From Leucoraja ocellata (taxonomy: Eukaryota), in NCBI GenBank assembly GCA_036785375.1, contig JAWMAR010000034.1, forward strand, positions 4,588,001 to 4,652,000: a stretch of 64,000 nucleotides of DNA. The letters run 5' to 3'. Below, piece after piece: positions 25,412 through 38,699 of the stretch. The notes beneath the pieces are model-generated. The model was not told the origin of the DNA and made no database searches. It saw only the letters and a list, made by a program, of their open reading frames with translations. Made by a program: the position numbers and the translations under genes. How positions within the stretch are numbered: position 1 is the stretch's first letter; each line of letters starts with the position of its first letter.

Positions 25412-28400
25412 TAAGTTGAACATTTTCACTGTTATACAATAGCTTAGATCCAATTAAACATTATGGAGGGCCTGGAAAACCTGAGATAATTCCCCTTTGT
25501 CTTTTACCTGAGATATTTTGGGATTTTCTTTTCTCTGGAGAAAATACCCAACACCGCCATGATTTAGTATCTCATCTAAAAAATAGACTGTGGAGTGCAT
25601 TCCCATGACCTCACTGAGCTGTCTGCCCAAACTGCATGTCATTCTGATTCAACCAAGTATGCTATTTATAGATCCATGGCAAACACTGGGGTGGAAATGA
25701 AAATTGTTTTCTAAATCTGAAATATATGTTCAGATTATATTTTACTTGTCCAGTACTGTCTGGCTGAAATGCCCAAAGAATGAAATTCAACTTTACCCGT
25801 GGAGCAAAACAAATGGTAGTATGTTGGGGAGAAATGATGGCTGGATAACAAGCATCTATTTTGTCCTGTCTTAGAGTATATTGATCACTTAAGTTAGATT
25901 CCAAGTGATGTAGTCAATCCCAACAGTAAACAGAACAGGAGATATGATTGCTCACATCTGATATAGTTACACAAACTTAAAATATGCGCAATCCTGAAGA
26001 ACATAAACAATCTTAACAGTGGGGAAGGTTTTATTTTTAAAGAAATGAAATGGAGAAACTATTTATTCAATCTTTAATTCAAGTTAATCAATTTACATGG
26101 TACATTAAATGGAATTATATTGATTTATATGAAGCTGCAATACAAATGTTTAACTTATATTGACAGATGTAAATATAGAGGAAGCATTCTAATTAGTGGC
26201 ATCATCCTACGGATTAAAGTAGATCTTGTTTTAATTTTTAATTGAATCTAAGCTATTGTACAACAGTGAAAATGTTCAACTTGTCTTACTAATTAGAAAG
26301 TAATCATTAGAATGTGAAAGTTCTTCCTTTCACTAAGAAGTGCAATGTCTCATTGAACAGACAGCAGGCAACATGATTCACAGTTAAATAAATATGGCAT
26401 AAAACAGTCAGAAACACTTAGAAGGTTAACTGCATCTGTGAAAAACAAAACAGAGTTAATGTTTCAACTTAAAAGATCCTTCCAAGAGTTTTCAATCCGA
26501 AACATTAATTCTGTTTTTCTTTCCACAGATACGCTTGACCTACTGAATGTTCCCAGCAGTTTTATTTCTATAGATACTGGTTGACATAATGATGCCTAGT
26601 GCTGCCAGCAATTTTGTTTTTTTTGTTTGATTTTTTTATTTTCAAGATAATCATGTGGATTCAATTTTGTTCAGTTATGGAGGAGCTATTACTAAATTCA
26701 CCGCGAGTAAAATTGCTGCAAAAATGAAATTGTATAAGTTACAAATATCACTCTGTTCACTGGTAGTTAACATGTCCGAAGGAAAACACTTTGTTTGTAA
26801 AAGGATGGACTTCAGTCTCAGCCCCTGAGATAACTAATCAGTCCTAACTCTGAAGTCCTTCATCAACCCCACAACCCCCCAGGTTCACAAAAGTTTTAAT
26901 CTCCACTTTCCTTATATTTTATGATTAACATATAGCTGATATGTATTGATATTACAATGACAATTTAATGTAATTTAGCACAAGAAGGTTTGTGTCTAAA
27001 ATATATTATGTTCAACTTCTTCCTAAATTCCAGTGTCATAAGACATCAGGAAGTTTCTATTCTGTACCATCCTATACAATTGTTACATGATGACTCGGGA
27101 AATATTTATTTTGATCAAAGGTCATTGACCTGAAAAATTATTTCTCTCACCACAGATGAGTCTGTTGAGTTTTTTCCTGGTATTTTCCCATTTATTTCAG
27201 ATTTCCATTAGCTGTGGTATTTTACTTTAAAAATATTTGCTATCTGCTGAGTGTACCGTAAATATGTTCTTTATAATCTTAACTGTTTAGCATCATGCTA
27301 ATCCCTTTGGACTATCTCAAAACATTTTTCAGCCAATTAAGTTATTTTGAAGTAATGTCACTTTTGCAACATAGCAATTTACAATGTCCAACACAGAGGA
27401 AAGGTTATTTCACAAACATCTCTCCCCTTGATATCATTGTGGAGATTTTAATTGGGTTTTTTTTTAATGAGGTTTATCTAAATGTTTGGTTTAGATCAAA
27501 TATATTGTGGTTTATCTGGAAGAAAACAATGTAAATCACGTTCTTTGCTTCTGCATTATCAAATTTTGAACTTTTACCACAGATGAGAAGGAAAGTTAAT
27601 GGAATTATTACATAACTCTAAATATTCGCACATGGTTTATATAGTCAAAATTATTTAACATACTTGTCAGAAAGATCAACAAATTCAGATTTTCCTCTCC
27701 TGGATTGGATTATATTTTACTGAGATGTAAAGAGTTTATTCTAATCAAGGCAGCTAGGTTTGAATGTTAAGTTGTTCAAATAATTTCTCAAGCAGTTATT
27801 GGTATGAAATTGCTTCAGTCAGCTTCAATTCGTTTTGGGAGATTTTCTCTGTTCAACATTTCCTTAAAAATTAAGATAATACTGGAAATAATTGAGTTTG
27901 TAGTCTTACTAGATAGAAATACCTAAGAGAAAATTAGCAAGAACATTTTTTTTACAATAACGGAACAATATTTGTCCATGCATCAGGCCAAGATGAATAT
28001 TATTATATTTGATCTTAAGAATTTTTCTCACCTTTGTTTCACTTGACAAAAAAGACTATATGCTCATTAAAATATCTTATTTTATACCTTAGCTTGCTCA
28101 TAATACCTTAGCTTGCTCATAAAGCATGAACGCATTAATTTGATGTATTGTTTTTGGCCAGGTTGTTTCTTTCAGAGCAAGTGTAGTATATGAATTTGGA
28201 AATGTAGGATAGGAGTTTTGTAGGGTAGTAGTTTTTTTTGTTGTAATTTATAACATTTTTGAATTGTTCTTAATATACTGGGTATGGCCAGGGTGGGGGC
28301 AGGGTGACAGAACCATTGCTTGGAACATCCCTTGTAGTTAACTGATATTACAGCAAAGCAATCATTTCAGTAGAACCTTTGGAAATATATCATTTGAGTT

Positions 28401-29150
28401 AATTTTATCAAAGACTCCACTGCTCCACTGTGAAGTTACTGTATGGCTTGTGGTTTACTTAGTGGTATTTATGATTCACTTATGTTAGACATTTACCAAA
28501 CAGTGAATCGTCACTCATGTTTAAAGTAGAAATGTGGATAATGTAAGCTAAAGGCTACAGAAGTTTATTTAAGTGAACATCTGATGAACTTTCCATAAGG
28601 GGCTTTTTAGTGAATCATGCCTTTTTACAGTTTCCTTCACACCGGAAAGACCACTGAGGTCACAGAGTCTAGTGTAGGAGAAGAAAGCACACAATACAGC
28701 AGCCCAAAACATCAAAGCATTGAACGTTACAATCCTTCTTGCACGACTCGTTGTGTTCCATTGTCTAAGAGGTCATAGATTGACCATTTCTCACATTAAA
28801 ACTTTTCACAGGCAATCTACACCCAATACTCATACTACCATAAAAGTCTGTGTCAGTTTTCACTTCCTCTCATCGTCTTACAAAATTTGTACTTAGTAAA
28901 TTAGAACTTCTGCAAGTTATATTTTGGTGCTCTGTAAAAACTTGGGAAATCCTAAATTGATCATTCCTAAACAATCATTGGAAAATCTTCTTTCTTCTGG
29001 CATTGTTTGTAGATATAAACAATACATAAAAAACACAAAAAATACCAGTTAGCAGCCCATGGGCCAGCCTGCAATTCAATAAGATCAATAAACCCACTCT
29101 GCCAAGTAATCCCCAAGCCCTCTGATTTTTTTTAGCATGGAGAAATGTAA

Positions 29151-29377
29151 AGGGCCTGTCCCACTTTCACAACCTAATTCACGACCTTTTTTACTCGTGG
29201 ACATTTTTCATCATTCTAGAAAAAACGCCCCGGCCTACTTGATGCCACGAGTACCTACGACCTACCTACGACCTCCTACGACCTACCTACGACCTTGTGA
29301 CGACCATGCTGCGAGCATGAGCCAAGGGCAAACTCAGCAAAGGTCGTGAATTAGGTCGTGAAAGTGGGACAAGCCCT
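29151..29377. mobile_element. MITE related to 1379-1930
   Basis: TIR AGGGCCTGTCCCACTTTCAC(A/G)ACCTAATTCACGACCT; ACCTACG repeats; TAA/TGA flanks. Confidence 0.8.
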
Positions 29378-30395
29378 TGACATTCTCGGTCTTTTGACTT
29401 CGCAATAACTGAAGATCCAGGTGGTTAGTGTGGTGTTAAGGGATAATTTGGAACTGCATACAGCAGAAATGAATGTTTTTTAATATGTTTGTTGCTGGAT
29501 TATGAAAAGATTTGGAATAATCTTTCAGAATTACAGAAACCTTTAGCAATGGGGAGAGGTGCATTAATTTCAGAACAGCTGGTTATCCTGATGGTACAGC
29601 CTTCTGTAGAACTAACAGTAGAGCTTTGTCTTTGGAAATTGTTAAGTAACCAAAAATCACTGTGATAAATAGCAAATCAATGCAGAGCTATCTCGGCTTT
29701 GTAAGGAATACAACGGTGAGACAATTTTATGATTTTTCATGAAACAATGAATAACTGAATTTTGATTAATATTTTCTCAGAGACATGATTACAGGATTAT
29801 GCATGAGTTACATAATGACATTATCATGAACTCCAATGACTACTATAATAAACACAAAGGGGTGACAGAAGGATAGACAGATTATAGGTTCACAAAATAT
29901 TTTCTCCGAATTGAAGGATATTTCGATCAGGGAATCTTGCTTGAAGAATGTATTTTGAAGTATCTAACTATATCTAAAGTCATAATATGTCATATATCCT
30001 CGGATCTGGGAAAAAATATGGTGTATTGAGGTGGAGACACAAGAAATTGCAGATGCTAGCATCTTGAGCAAAACACAAAGTGCTGGATAAGCAAAGTGGA
30101 GGCAGCATCTGTGGAGGATATGGACAAATTACATTTTGGGTTGAGACTCTTAGAGTGAATCAAGGAAAGACAAAAAGTCACTTCCTCTGTATATTTAGAT
30201 TAATTAGTACCTTGAATGTCAATATCTGTTCCATGTCTTCCACTACGAAATGTCATGCACTTACTCGAAACATATCATTGTGAACCAAAGGAAGAAGAGG
30301 CTGAATGCTAACAATAAGGTGGTACACTGTGAGATGCATGAAACTAGATTCCTCATTTAATAATGTTCACAGACCATTTGTTTTTATCCTTCTAG

Positions 30396-30542
30396 CAAGT
30401 TCACAAAGCCTACAGTGGAAATTTATTACTGTGCTCGAGGGAAATTCAGCAGTTCTCAATTGTACAATGAAAAAAAGTGAAGGATCATATATTGAATGGA
30501 AAAATCCAAAGCAACAAGTTCTATACTTTAACAAAAAGAAAG
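30396..30542 (+). CDS. CRTAM: CRTAM exon 2, IgV first half
   Basis: TAG acceptor/GTAAG donor, 147 nt, ITVLEGNSAVLNC..IEWKNP..VLYFN. Confidence 0.9.
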
Positions 30543-30966
30543 GTAAGCAAGGCCTTTGCCGTCAATATACAATAGTACATTGGTCAGATCTTGAACCAGT
30601 TCTGGAATTTATTGAAATCAGTTACCTGGCTGGGTCCTTTCCTCGTAACAACCTTACCTCTAAAAATCTCTCCAATTTTAAAACACAGCAATAATAGGCT
30701 TTCTTGGAATGAATTTACACTGAATTCTACCTTGTGTGGTAATTATTGAGAGGTGCTTACCAAATGTTTGCTGATAGCTCAGGCAATGCCCAATTGTTTA
30801 ACCTTATCTATCAACAAATTCAATTAAAACAAAATGGCAAAAAAAAATAAAAAATTCCGGTGCATGTTAAATGTCTTTGGTAACTTCTATATGATGGTGA
30901 TCTGCGGTGGCACAGCAAGTACTATATACTATTGAGATTGTAATTATACATTTATTTTACCAACAG

Positions 30967-31119
30967 AGCTAAGGGATCACAGATTCAAATTAGTTAATTA
31001 CTCAACCTCACAGTTAATTATCACACTTCGCGATACCACAGTGGATGATGACGGCATCTATAGCTGCTTATATTATGCTCATAAAATAATAAAGAAGCAA
31101 GTGCATCTCACTGTTTTAG
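30967..31119 (+). CDS. CRTAM: CRTAM exon 3, IgV second half
   Basis: 153 nt, LRDHRFKLVNYSTSQLIITLRDTTVDDDGIYSCLYY..VHLTVL, DxGxYxC motif. Confidence 0.92.
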
Positions 31120-31442
31120 GTATGTATACTGCCAGGGTGAAAATGTATATAGTCGTATGGAAATAGGCCCTTCAGCCCACCTCATCCATGTTGACCAAGT
31201 TGCCTAACTTACATGTAGCTAGTCCCACTTGCTCCCATTCCATGTGTTTGTTCAAACAACTTTTAAATGATGTGATTGTACTTATCTCTGCCATTTTATC
31301 TGTTAGCCCTTTCCATATTTGAAAACTGTTTATCTGCAAACACTCTCCCGAACAACTTTTAAAAGTTTTAAAAATCAAAATTAGACTTGCCTCATATTCG
31401 GATTTTAAAATTAAGTTCAAAATAAGTTATTACATCTTTAAT

Positions 31443-31572
31443 CTGAAGAAGGGTCTTGACCCGAAACGTCACCCATTCCTTCTCTCCAGAGGTGCTGCCT
31501 ATCCTGCGGAGTTACTCCAGCATTTTGTGTTTACCTTCAATTTAAACCAGCATCTGCAGTTCTTTCCTACAC
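31443..31572 (+). mobile_element. Penelope-derived element with minimal hammerhead core
   Basis: CTGAAGA-A-GGGTC-TT-GACCC-GAAAC-GTC; TSD ATTACATCTTTAATC at 31429-31443 and 31573-31587. Confidence 0.85.
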
Positions 31573-31678
31573 ATTACATCTTTAATCATTGATTGGCAGA
31601 ATTAAAGTCCATGCTAAAGAATTAATGTATTTTGTATGTATCATTTCAAAACAAATGCATATTTTCTCAACTCTGCAG

Positions 31679-31810
31679 CACCACCTTCAAACCCTATGTT
31701 GAGTGTCAGCAAACGTTCATTGAAAGAGAAGGTGGTCCGTTGTATCACCAAAGGAAGCAAGCCAAAGCCTCAAGTAACCTGGCTCCTGAACAACAGAGTG
31801 GAGTTACATG
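31679..31810 (+). CDS. CRTAM: CRTAM exon 4, IgC first half
   Basis: 132 nt, APPSNPML..VVRCITKGSKPKPQVTWLL, nectin-like C domain. Confidence 0.92.
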
Positions 31811-31889
31811 GTGAGAACATTTTAAGTAATTCAGATTTGAATCCTTTATAATATGTTTTTGATTTTGCAGTCCTGGTAAATCTTCCAGT

Positions 31890-32610
31890 CCTGGCAAATC
31901 CTCATACATCTTCTCTGCACTCTTTCCAGCTTAATTACATCCTTCCTATAGCAGGGTGACCAAAACTGAACACAGCACTCCAAGTGTGGCCTAATCAATG
32001 TTTTGTACAACTGTAACATAATGTCCCAACTTCTATACTCAATACCCTGACTGATGAAGGCCCATGTACCAAAAGCCTTCTTTACCACCCTGTCTACCTG
32101 TGACAACTTTTTCAGGGTACTATGCATCTATACTCCTAGATTCCACTGGTCCACGACACTCCCGAAGGCCTCCATTCACTGTGAAGGTCCTTTAGACTTC
32201 CTAAACTACAACATCTTGTAATCAGCATTAAACTCCATTAGCCATTCCTCAGCCCACTGGCCCAAATGATCAAGAGCTTGCAGTAATTTTTGATAACCAT
32301 CTTCACTATCAACAATACCACCCACATTTGTATCATCTGCAAATGTACTAATCATACCTTGTACATTCTCATTCAAATCGTTGATATAAACCACAAAGAT
32401 CAATGAGCCCAGCACCGATGCCTGATGCACACCACTGGTTACAGGCCTCCAGTCTGAAAAACAACCTTCCACCACCACACTCTGCTTCCTTCCATGAAGC
32501 CAGTTCTGCATCCAGTTAGGTAGCTGGATCCCATGCGATCTAAGCTTCCAGGGCAGCCTATCATGCAGAACCTTATCAAAGGTCCTGCTGGCCCATATAC
32601 ACAATGTTTA
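31890..32610 (-). mobile_element. CR1 RT fragment
   Basis: FDKVLH..VTSGV..STFADDT..HLECCVQFWSP. Confidence 0.9.
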
Positions 32611-32979
32611 CGGCCTTGCCATTGTCACCTAGTTGTTTATACTTTATACTTAAAATACTTTATAATACTTTACATAATTTCAAAGAGATCTTCATTTTGC
32701 AGGGATTTTATCTAATAACTTAAAACTATACCAATGCAGTTTTAAGTAACAACTGATATACTGCAGACACAAATTCTCATTGGTAAAAGAAAGAGCCCAA
32801 ATAACAAAAAATTACACCATGTGTGGGGTCTACTATAGGTCCAACTATAGTGGTTGCTAATAAATAGATTATGAGTAGTTTCATATTGGTTAACTACAAT
32901 TCCAGTACGTGACAGCTCTTATTGCTCCGTGCTTTTAATAAAACTTATCTAACAAATCTTCTCTTTAAAAACAACATAG

Positions 32980-33141
32980 GGCGCACAAAATATAAACAAG
33001 AAAATAATGGTTCAAAGTATACAACAATCAGTATATTGAAACTCAAACGACATAACAAGAATTCCAGAATTGACTGTTTGGTTCGACATGAAGCATTAAT
33101 GAACAGAATTCTTAGAGCAACCTACAGATTTGATAACAATT
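32980..33141 (+). CDS. CRTAM: CRTAM exon 5, IgC second half
   Basis: 162 nt, KYTTISILKL..NSRIDCLVRHEAL..YRF, donor T|GTGAGT. Confidence 0.92.
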
Positions 33142-33340
33142 GTGAGTAGAATTTTCATCATCATAAATGATTTTGTGCTTTGAGAGGTATGTTTTTAAAT
33201 GATACCGACATATACTGACTACAAAAAGTAGTTGTCACTTATGACTTCATATATTTATGAAATATTGAATATTTACCAAATATCAAACGAGGTTTAATGA
33301 GGCTGCAGCCTGTAACTAATTTATATTTTGTTTGCCACAG

Positions 33341-33388
33341 ACAATTTATTTGAACCAACTGAATCATACGCACAAACAACTACAAGTG
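33341..33388 (+). CDS. CRTAM: CRTAM exon 6, stalk
   Basis: 48 nt, phase 1-1, YNLFEPTESYAQTTTS, canonical splice sites. Confidence 0.8.
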
Positions 33389-34716
33389 GTGAGTTTTAGT
33401 TTCAATCGCAGTTCTTCATCCTGTCAGTCTGACTGAACTATACACATTCTCTTCCATCTGTGGTAATGTGGGTGTAGTTTGAAGATACATAGCTTCACAT
33501 CCTCATTAGACTGCTTCTCCCACTGAGCTTAATGGCTCAAATATGTAGACAACAAGAATGTTGCAAGGAAAATATGAAGCCAATCTTTTATCCTTCATTG
33601 TGACCCTAGCTGACCTAATCTTACCTTATGTAAGCTTTTCAGAAAATCCACACTTCCATTAAAGGATGTACAAAAATATGTTTTCCTAATTCAATTATTA
33701 GATAACTTAATGGGTCATCTGTAAGCTAGTTATTTGTAACACTTAGAACCGTATGTATAATATTCCTTAATCCTTATGCAGAAAAATAGAGCTGATTGTG
33801 CCTTTACTCTTAAGAATTTAGAAGCATCGGGGGCGATCTTACTGAATCAGATAAGATTCTGAGGAAATGTGAAAAAAGGATGCTGCTCTCACCTTTTGAG
33901 GAATTAGAATTGTGGAGTATAGTTTCAGAAATAGAATTTTCTTCTTAAGATAGAGATGAATGGGAATAAATCCTTGGAATTCCTTAACTCTTCCAGAGTT
34001 GTAGAGGCTGAATCATTAAATATATTCAAGGCCAGGATAGACACTTGAACTATGGGATAATAAGAAACAGACAGGAAAGTGAACGCACACCATAACCTTA
34101 TTGATTATGGCGCAGACTGTATCTTATGACATATACCTACTTCTGAAATGCGCCACCTTGTGGTTAAACATAAGATAACCAATAGCAAAAGTGCTACAGT
34201 AAAGGAAAAATCGTGTTTTTTGCTCAGTCAAGTATAGATTCCAGGAAGTACACTAATAAACTCAAAAGATTAGTCGTATGTATCTTTTATTCATAATCTT
34301 TTATTCAAAATCTTGTAGTCATCCTACTGATTAGAGAATTACAGATTATCTAAGAATGGGCAATCCCCTTTCTCCAGAGATGCTGCCTGATCCAGCTGAG
34401 TTACTCTAGTATTTTGTGTCTATCTTCACTGCCTTCACACAACTGAGTTTACCAACACACCAATGGGACATGTTAGTTAATTTTATTATGTGTACTATTC
34501 TTATGATTGTTTATCATCCCACTTGGATTAATCCCCAAATTAAATGGTGCAGTTCCAAAAATCAAGGACTGGCCTGCATTTACACAGCAGTGCACTAGTT
34601 AATTAACTTGATGTGTATAAGCTCAGCTGCAGATTTTTTTACCAACCTGTGAATAATACTGCTTAAGGTTGACTCAATTTGCTTCACTTTTGAATCCTTT
34701 TTGGTTTAATGATCAG

Positions 34717-34812
34717 ATGTGGCTACAACCAGTCCAGAACCAACAATGGACAGTGAGCAACCTGACCTAGACAAGGAGGACTTTTACACCCGAGAAACTC
34801 CAAAAACTAAAT
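34717..34812 (+). CDS. CRTAM: CRTAM exon 7, stalk
   Basis: 96 nt, phase 1-1, DVATTSPEPTMDSEQPDLDKEDFYTRETPKTK, GTGAGT donor. Confidence 0.8.
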
Positions 34813-37485
34813 GTGAGTATGAAGGCAATCAGTACTTGTGCATTTGAGGTGAATGCAAAAAGGAATGAGGATTAGAAAGAATTGCTGCTGAGCTTCTTGA
34901 CATAAAGTGCCCATCCAGGCCAAAATGCCCATCCAGGTCAAAATCATCAGCACAGATCACAAGCTGAATGCCCTGATCTGTACCATAAATTGTTTTATTG
35001 TGTAAACGTTTCAATTACTTTGGCAGTTAAATACATACCCTGCATTTACTCCACTGATTTTAGGAATAATATCTGTAAGTAGTTTTATGAATGCCCTACA
35101 CTACATCTGCCAATTTTAAAACACTTCTAAATAAAATCTTCAATTAATCCCAGTAATTTACATGTCTAAGGTTCAAATATATACAGTAGAAACTGCAGAT
35201 GCTTGAATCTTCAGCAAAACACAAAATGCTGGTGCAACGTCTGCAGGTTTGGCAGCATCTGTCGAGGGTAGGAGACTCCGTGGGAGTTCCCAACATTGAT
35301 TCCAACTCCATGAAATCTTTCATCAGGTCAAATAAATTCCAGGAAACCCCTGGTTCTTATTGACATTATGTTAAATAAAGTGTAAATATTAATTTCCTTC
35401 TCATTTAACATGATTTCCTCACATCAACAGATGATTCAATGTTGCATACAAATGGTAATTAATTCTGCTTAAGCTAAAAAGAGTAATTAAAATGTAAATT
35501 TTGGGGGATTCTCATAAAAGAGATATCTAGAAAATGTACCAATTGTCCTTTATTCAATGGCTGAAATAACCTAAGTCAGAAAACACCAATGCAAAATGTA
35601 GGTCGTGTAATTAGGTAATAGTATCCTTCTTCCTCAGAGAGTAGTTCATATCTGGAATGAACTGCCCAAAGAAGCTACAGTAGCAGATACAGTTATGACT
35701 TTTATCAGACAACAGACAATGGCTAGGAAAGGTTTAGAGGGCAATGGGACAAATGCAGGCAAATGGGACTAACCTGGTATGCCACCTTGGTAAGCATGGA
35801 CGAGATGGACCAAAGGGTCTGTGTCTGTGGTGTAGCTCCATGACTCCATGACATTCTAATCTTAAGCACTTGAGATAGCACCTAACTTCTACTTTACTGG
35901 ACAGAAATTAGTACTGCACTAGTCTCCTTTAGAAAATCACAACTAAAAATACAACTGTCATTATTTAATCTTTAATCCTGTTCTGCTAATAGCAAAAGCT
36001 GTCAGTCATTTTCAAATATATGCTGTCATTGTCCTTTTAATGCCACTTACTTTAATTGTTCTTTCTATTTTATTCTAATTTCTTTTCATTTGATTTAATG
36101 AGGGCATCACTCTGTCTCCTTGGTTTGATAGGCAACAAAAATGCTGGAGAACACAGCATATCAGAAAGCAGCTGGGGAATGTCTGACAAAGAGGCATAGA
36201 CCCAAAATGTTGACTATTTATCTTTCCACAGATATGGCCTAACCTGCTAACTATTTCAAGTTTCTTGTTTCTTTTTCCGATTTCCAACATTTGCACGATT
36301 TTTATTGTATACCCTATACCCGGCCTCTGGGACTGGGTGAATGGAGTAGGATGCTTGTGCCTTGGAGATTCATATTTTTTCGTGTTTTTTGCATGCTAAC
36401 GTATCTCTAACAGAAATATATTTATCATGTAAAAATGGTGGGAATAATCACATTTTCAATAACTCCACCATGCAAAAGCACTATGCAATGTTCCACCTCA
36501 CTACTTTAATCTTACAAATGCTTTAAAACAACTGTTCTGATAATCTGAAATTGTATGCTCCTTTCTTATTAATAATTAAGGATATGCTGATGGAATTATA
36601 TTACAGTTCAGTTAAAATAACAGCTAGCAGATGAACCTACCTTCATAAACTACGCTGAAATATGTTAATTAAGGAATCAAGCATACAAACATTTTTTAAA
36701 AAACTGTTTCACCTTGTACATACAAAAATAATGAATGCAAACACAGGATTTGTTTGTGTAGAACATTGTTTTTATTTGCATTAACAAATTTGAAACTTAA
36801 CAAATATTCAAAACTCTGATTCTTAAATTATGTTTATCTTAATTGAGGAAAACCTTTCATTGAAAATTCGGAATAGAGAGACATGGAATATTCCATAAAT
36901 ATAGAAACTGCAGTCACATTTTCCATTGAGTCATAGAGCTGTAGAGCATAAAAATAGGCATTTTGTCCCAACACATATATGCCGACTGTATTGCCTGTCC
37001 ATACAAATCCCATTTATTTGCATTAGGGTTGTATCCTTCTACTCTTTTTCAATCCAAGTACATGCCCAAGTGCCTTTTAAACATTGTTTATGCCTCTACC
37101 GCCTCTTCTAGCAGCTCATTCCGTACAACCTCCGCCCTCGGGGTGAAAAACTGGCAACTGCAAAATAATTCCGAAGATAATTATTTTGTTTTGGGCTCTG
37201 TCAAAATTTAGTTTTCATATCTAAATTGAAATTGTTAATCTTCTCATTGTGTGTGGGAACAGGGAGGCTGATTATCTATTCATCGCAGCTTTTAAAAGCT
37301 ATAAAGGGACAGCAGGAAAATGGCGTTGAGGTCAAGAATGGATTAGCCATTAATTTATTTCAAGAATCCAACGTTTCTAACTTTTCAGTTTGTATGCAAT
37401 AGTTTCAGGAAGGGATTATTTATTTTGATGCATTTGTTGCTTCTTTATCAATTGACTTTTAAAATCTGATTTTTATTTCAACCAG

Positions 37486-37590
37486 TGGAAAATGACACAA
37501 CATTGAATGCAAGCTCTACACCTATTATGGAGTTACCAATCACAGAAATTCAAAAAAGCACCTTCAAGACAAAAGCAGGTTCATTCATCG
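37486..37590 (+). CDS. CRTAM: CRTAM exon 8, stalk
   Basis: 105 nt, phase 1-1, LENDTTLNASSTPIMELPITEIQKSTFKTKAGSFI. Confidence 0.8.
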
Positions 37591-37620
37591 GTGAGTTAGT
37601 TATTGCAAAATGAAATTGAG

Positions 37621-38496
37621 GTCGGTGGGAGCGCTGCGAGCCGGCAGCCCTGCCAGCAGCATGTTAGTTTTTTTCTACTTTTTTTGTTTTTTTAGTGTGT
37701 CTCAAGGTGTGTTTTTAATGTTTCTTTGTGTGTCTTGTGTGGGGGGTGGTGTGGGGGGGTAAAGGGGAAACCGCTTTGGTCGCCTCCTCCACGGAGAGGT
37801 GACTTTTTCCATGTCACCTCCCTCGTGGCCTAACATCGAGGATCGGTGCGGCCTTTCCCGGAGGACTCTTTCGTCATGGAACGGGCGAGCCCTCGCCGGG
37901 GGTCGCCAGAGGGGAGAGCTCCGTTCGCTGGCCCACGGCGGCCTGAGGCCACGGTCTGCGGATCTCCAGCTGGCGCGGCGCCCGGAGCCTGGGATCACTC
38001 GTTGGGGACCCGGGAGAAGAGCTCCGACCCCCGGCCTGCGGCCTACTCTAAACGGGACGCGGCGGGGACTTACCATCCGGAGCGGGGTCCCTCGCCGGGG
38101 ATCCCTGGAGAGGAGCTCCGACCACCGGCCCTGCGGTCTGCGGTGCTTCTGGCTGCGGCGCGGCGGAGACTTTAGATCTTCGACCGCCGGCCTGCGGCCT
38201 ACACCATCTTGAAGCCGCAGTCTCCGGTGGGGCGGCACCGATTCAGGACTTACCTGGACTTACCTTGTCTGAACATCTGGATGCCCGCAGTGGCGATTGC
38301 GGAGGGTTGAGGTCCTGACCCTGGAGGAGGACTAACCAAATATTGTGCCTTCCACCACAGTGATGAATGCTGTGGTGGATGTTTGTGTTAAATTTTTATT
38401 GTGTATTGTGTGTTCTTTTTTTATTGTACCGCTGCTGGCTAATTCATTTCACTGCACTTTATGTGCAAGTGACGAATAAAACTTGACTTGACTTGA
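37621..38496 (+). mobile_element. GC-rich non-autonomous retroelement with (ACTTG)n tail
   Basis: CpG-rich with internal repeats, AATAAAACTTGACTTGACTTGA end. Confidence 0.7.
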
Positions 38497-38567
38497 GTTG
38501 ATTATTTTAAAAAGATAAATCATATGGCCACAATATATTTTAAAATTCTTTTTACTATTTTTTTCAG

Positions 38568-38618
38568 GATATGGTAGCACTCCACTCAATTCAAATGAAA
38601 ACAGCACAGAGAGAAATG
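38568..38618 (+). CDS. CRTAM: CRTAM exon 9, stalk
   Basis: 51 nt, phase 1-1, GYGSTPLNSNENSTERN, strong polypyrimidine acceptor. Confidence 0.8.
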
Positions 38619-38699
38619 GTATGTAATCAATATTTTCTTGCATGAATAAAATATATTTCACAATATTTATTATGTGCATGACAAGCAGCGTGCTCTGTC

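Noticed and set aside
28084-28122. Short tandem duplications (also 46863-46912)
   Set aside because: Ordinary slippage events with no further structure
28631-28790. Acceptor-like TTTTTACAG followed by a Ser/Thr-rich frame in CRTAM intron 1
   Set aside because: The required phase-1 frame stops at TAG and there is no good donor
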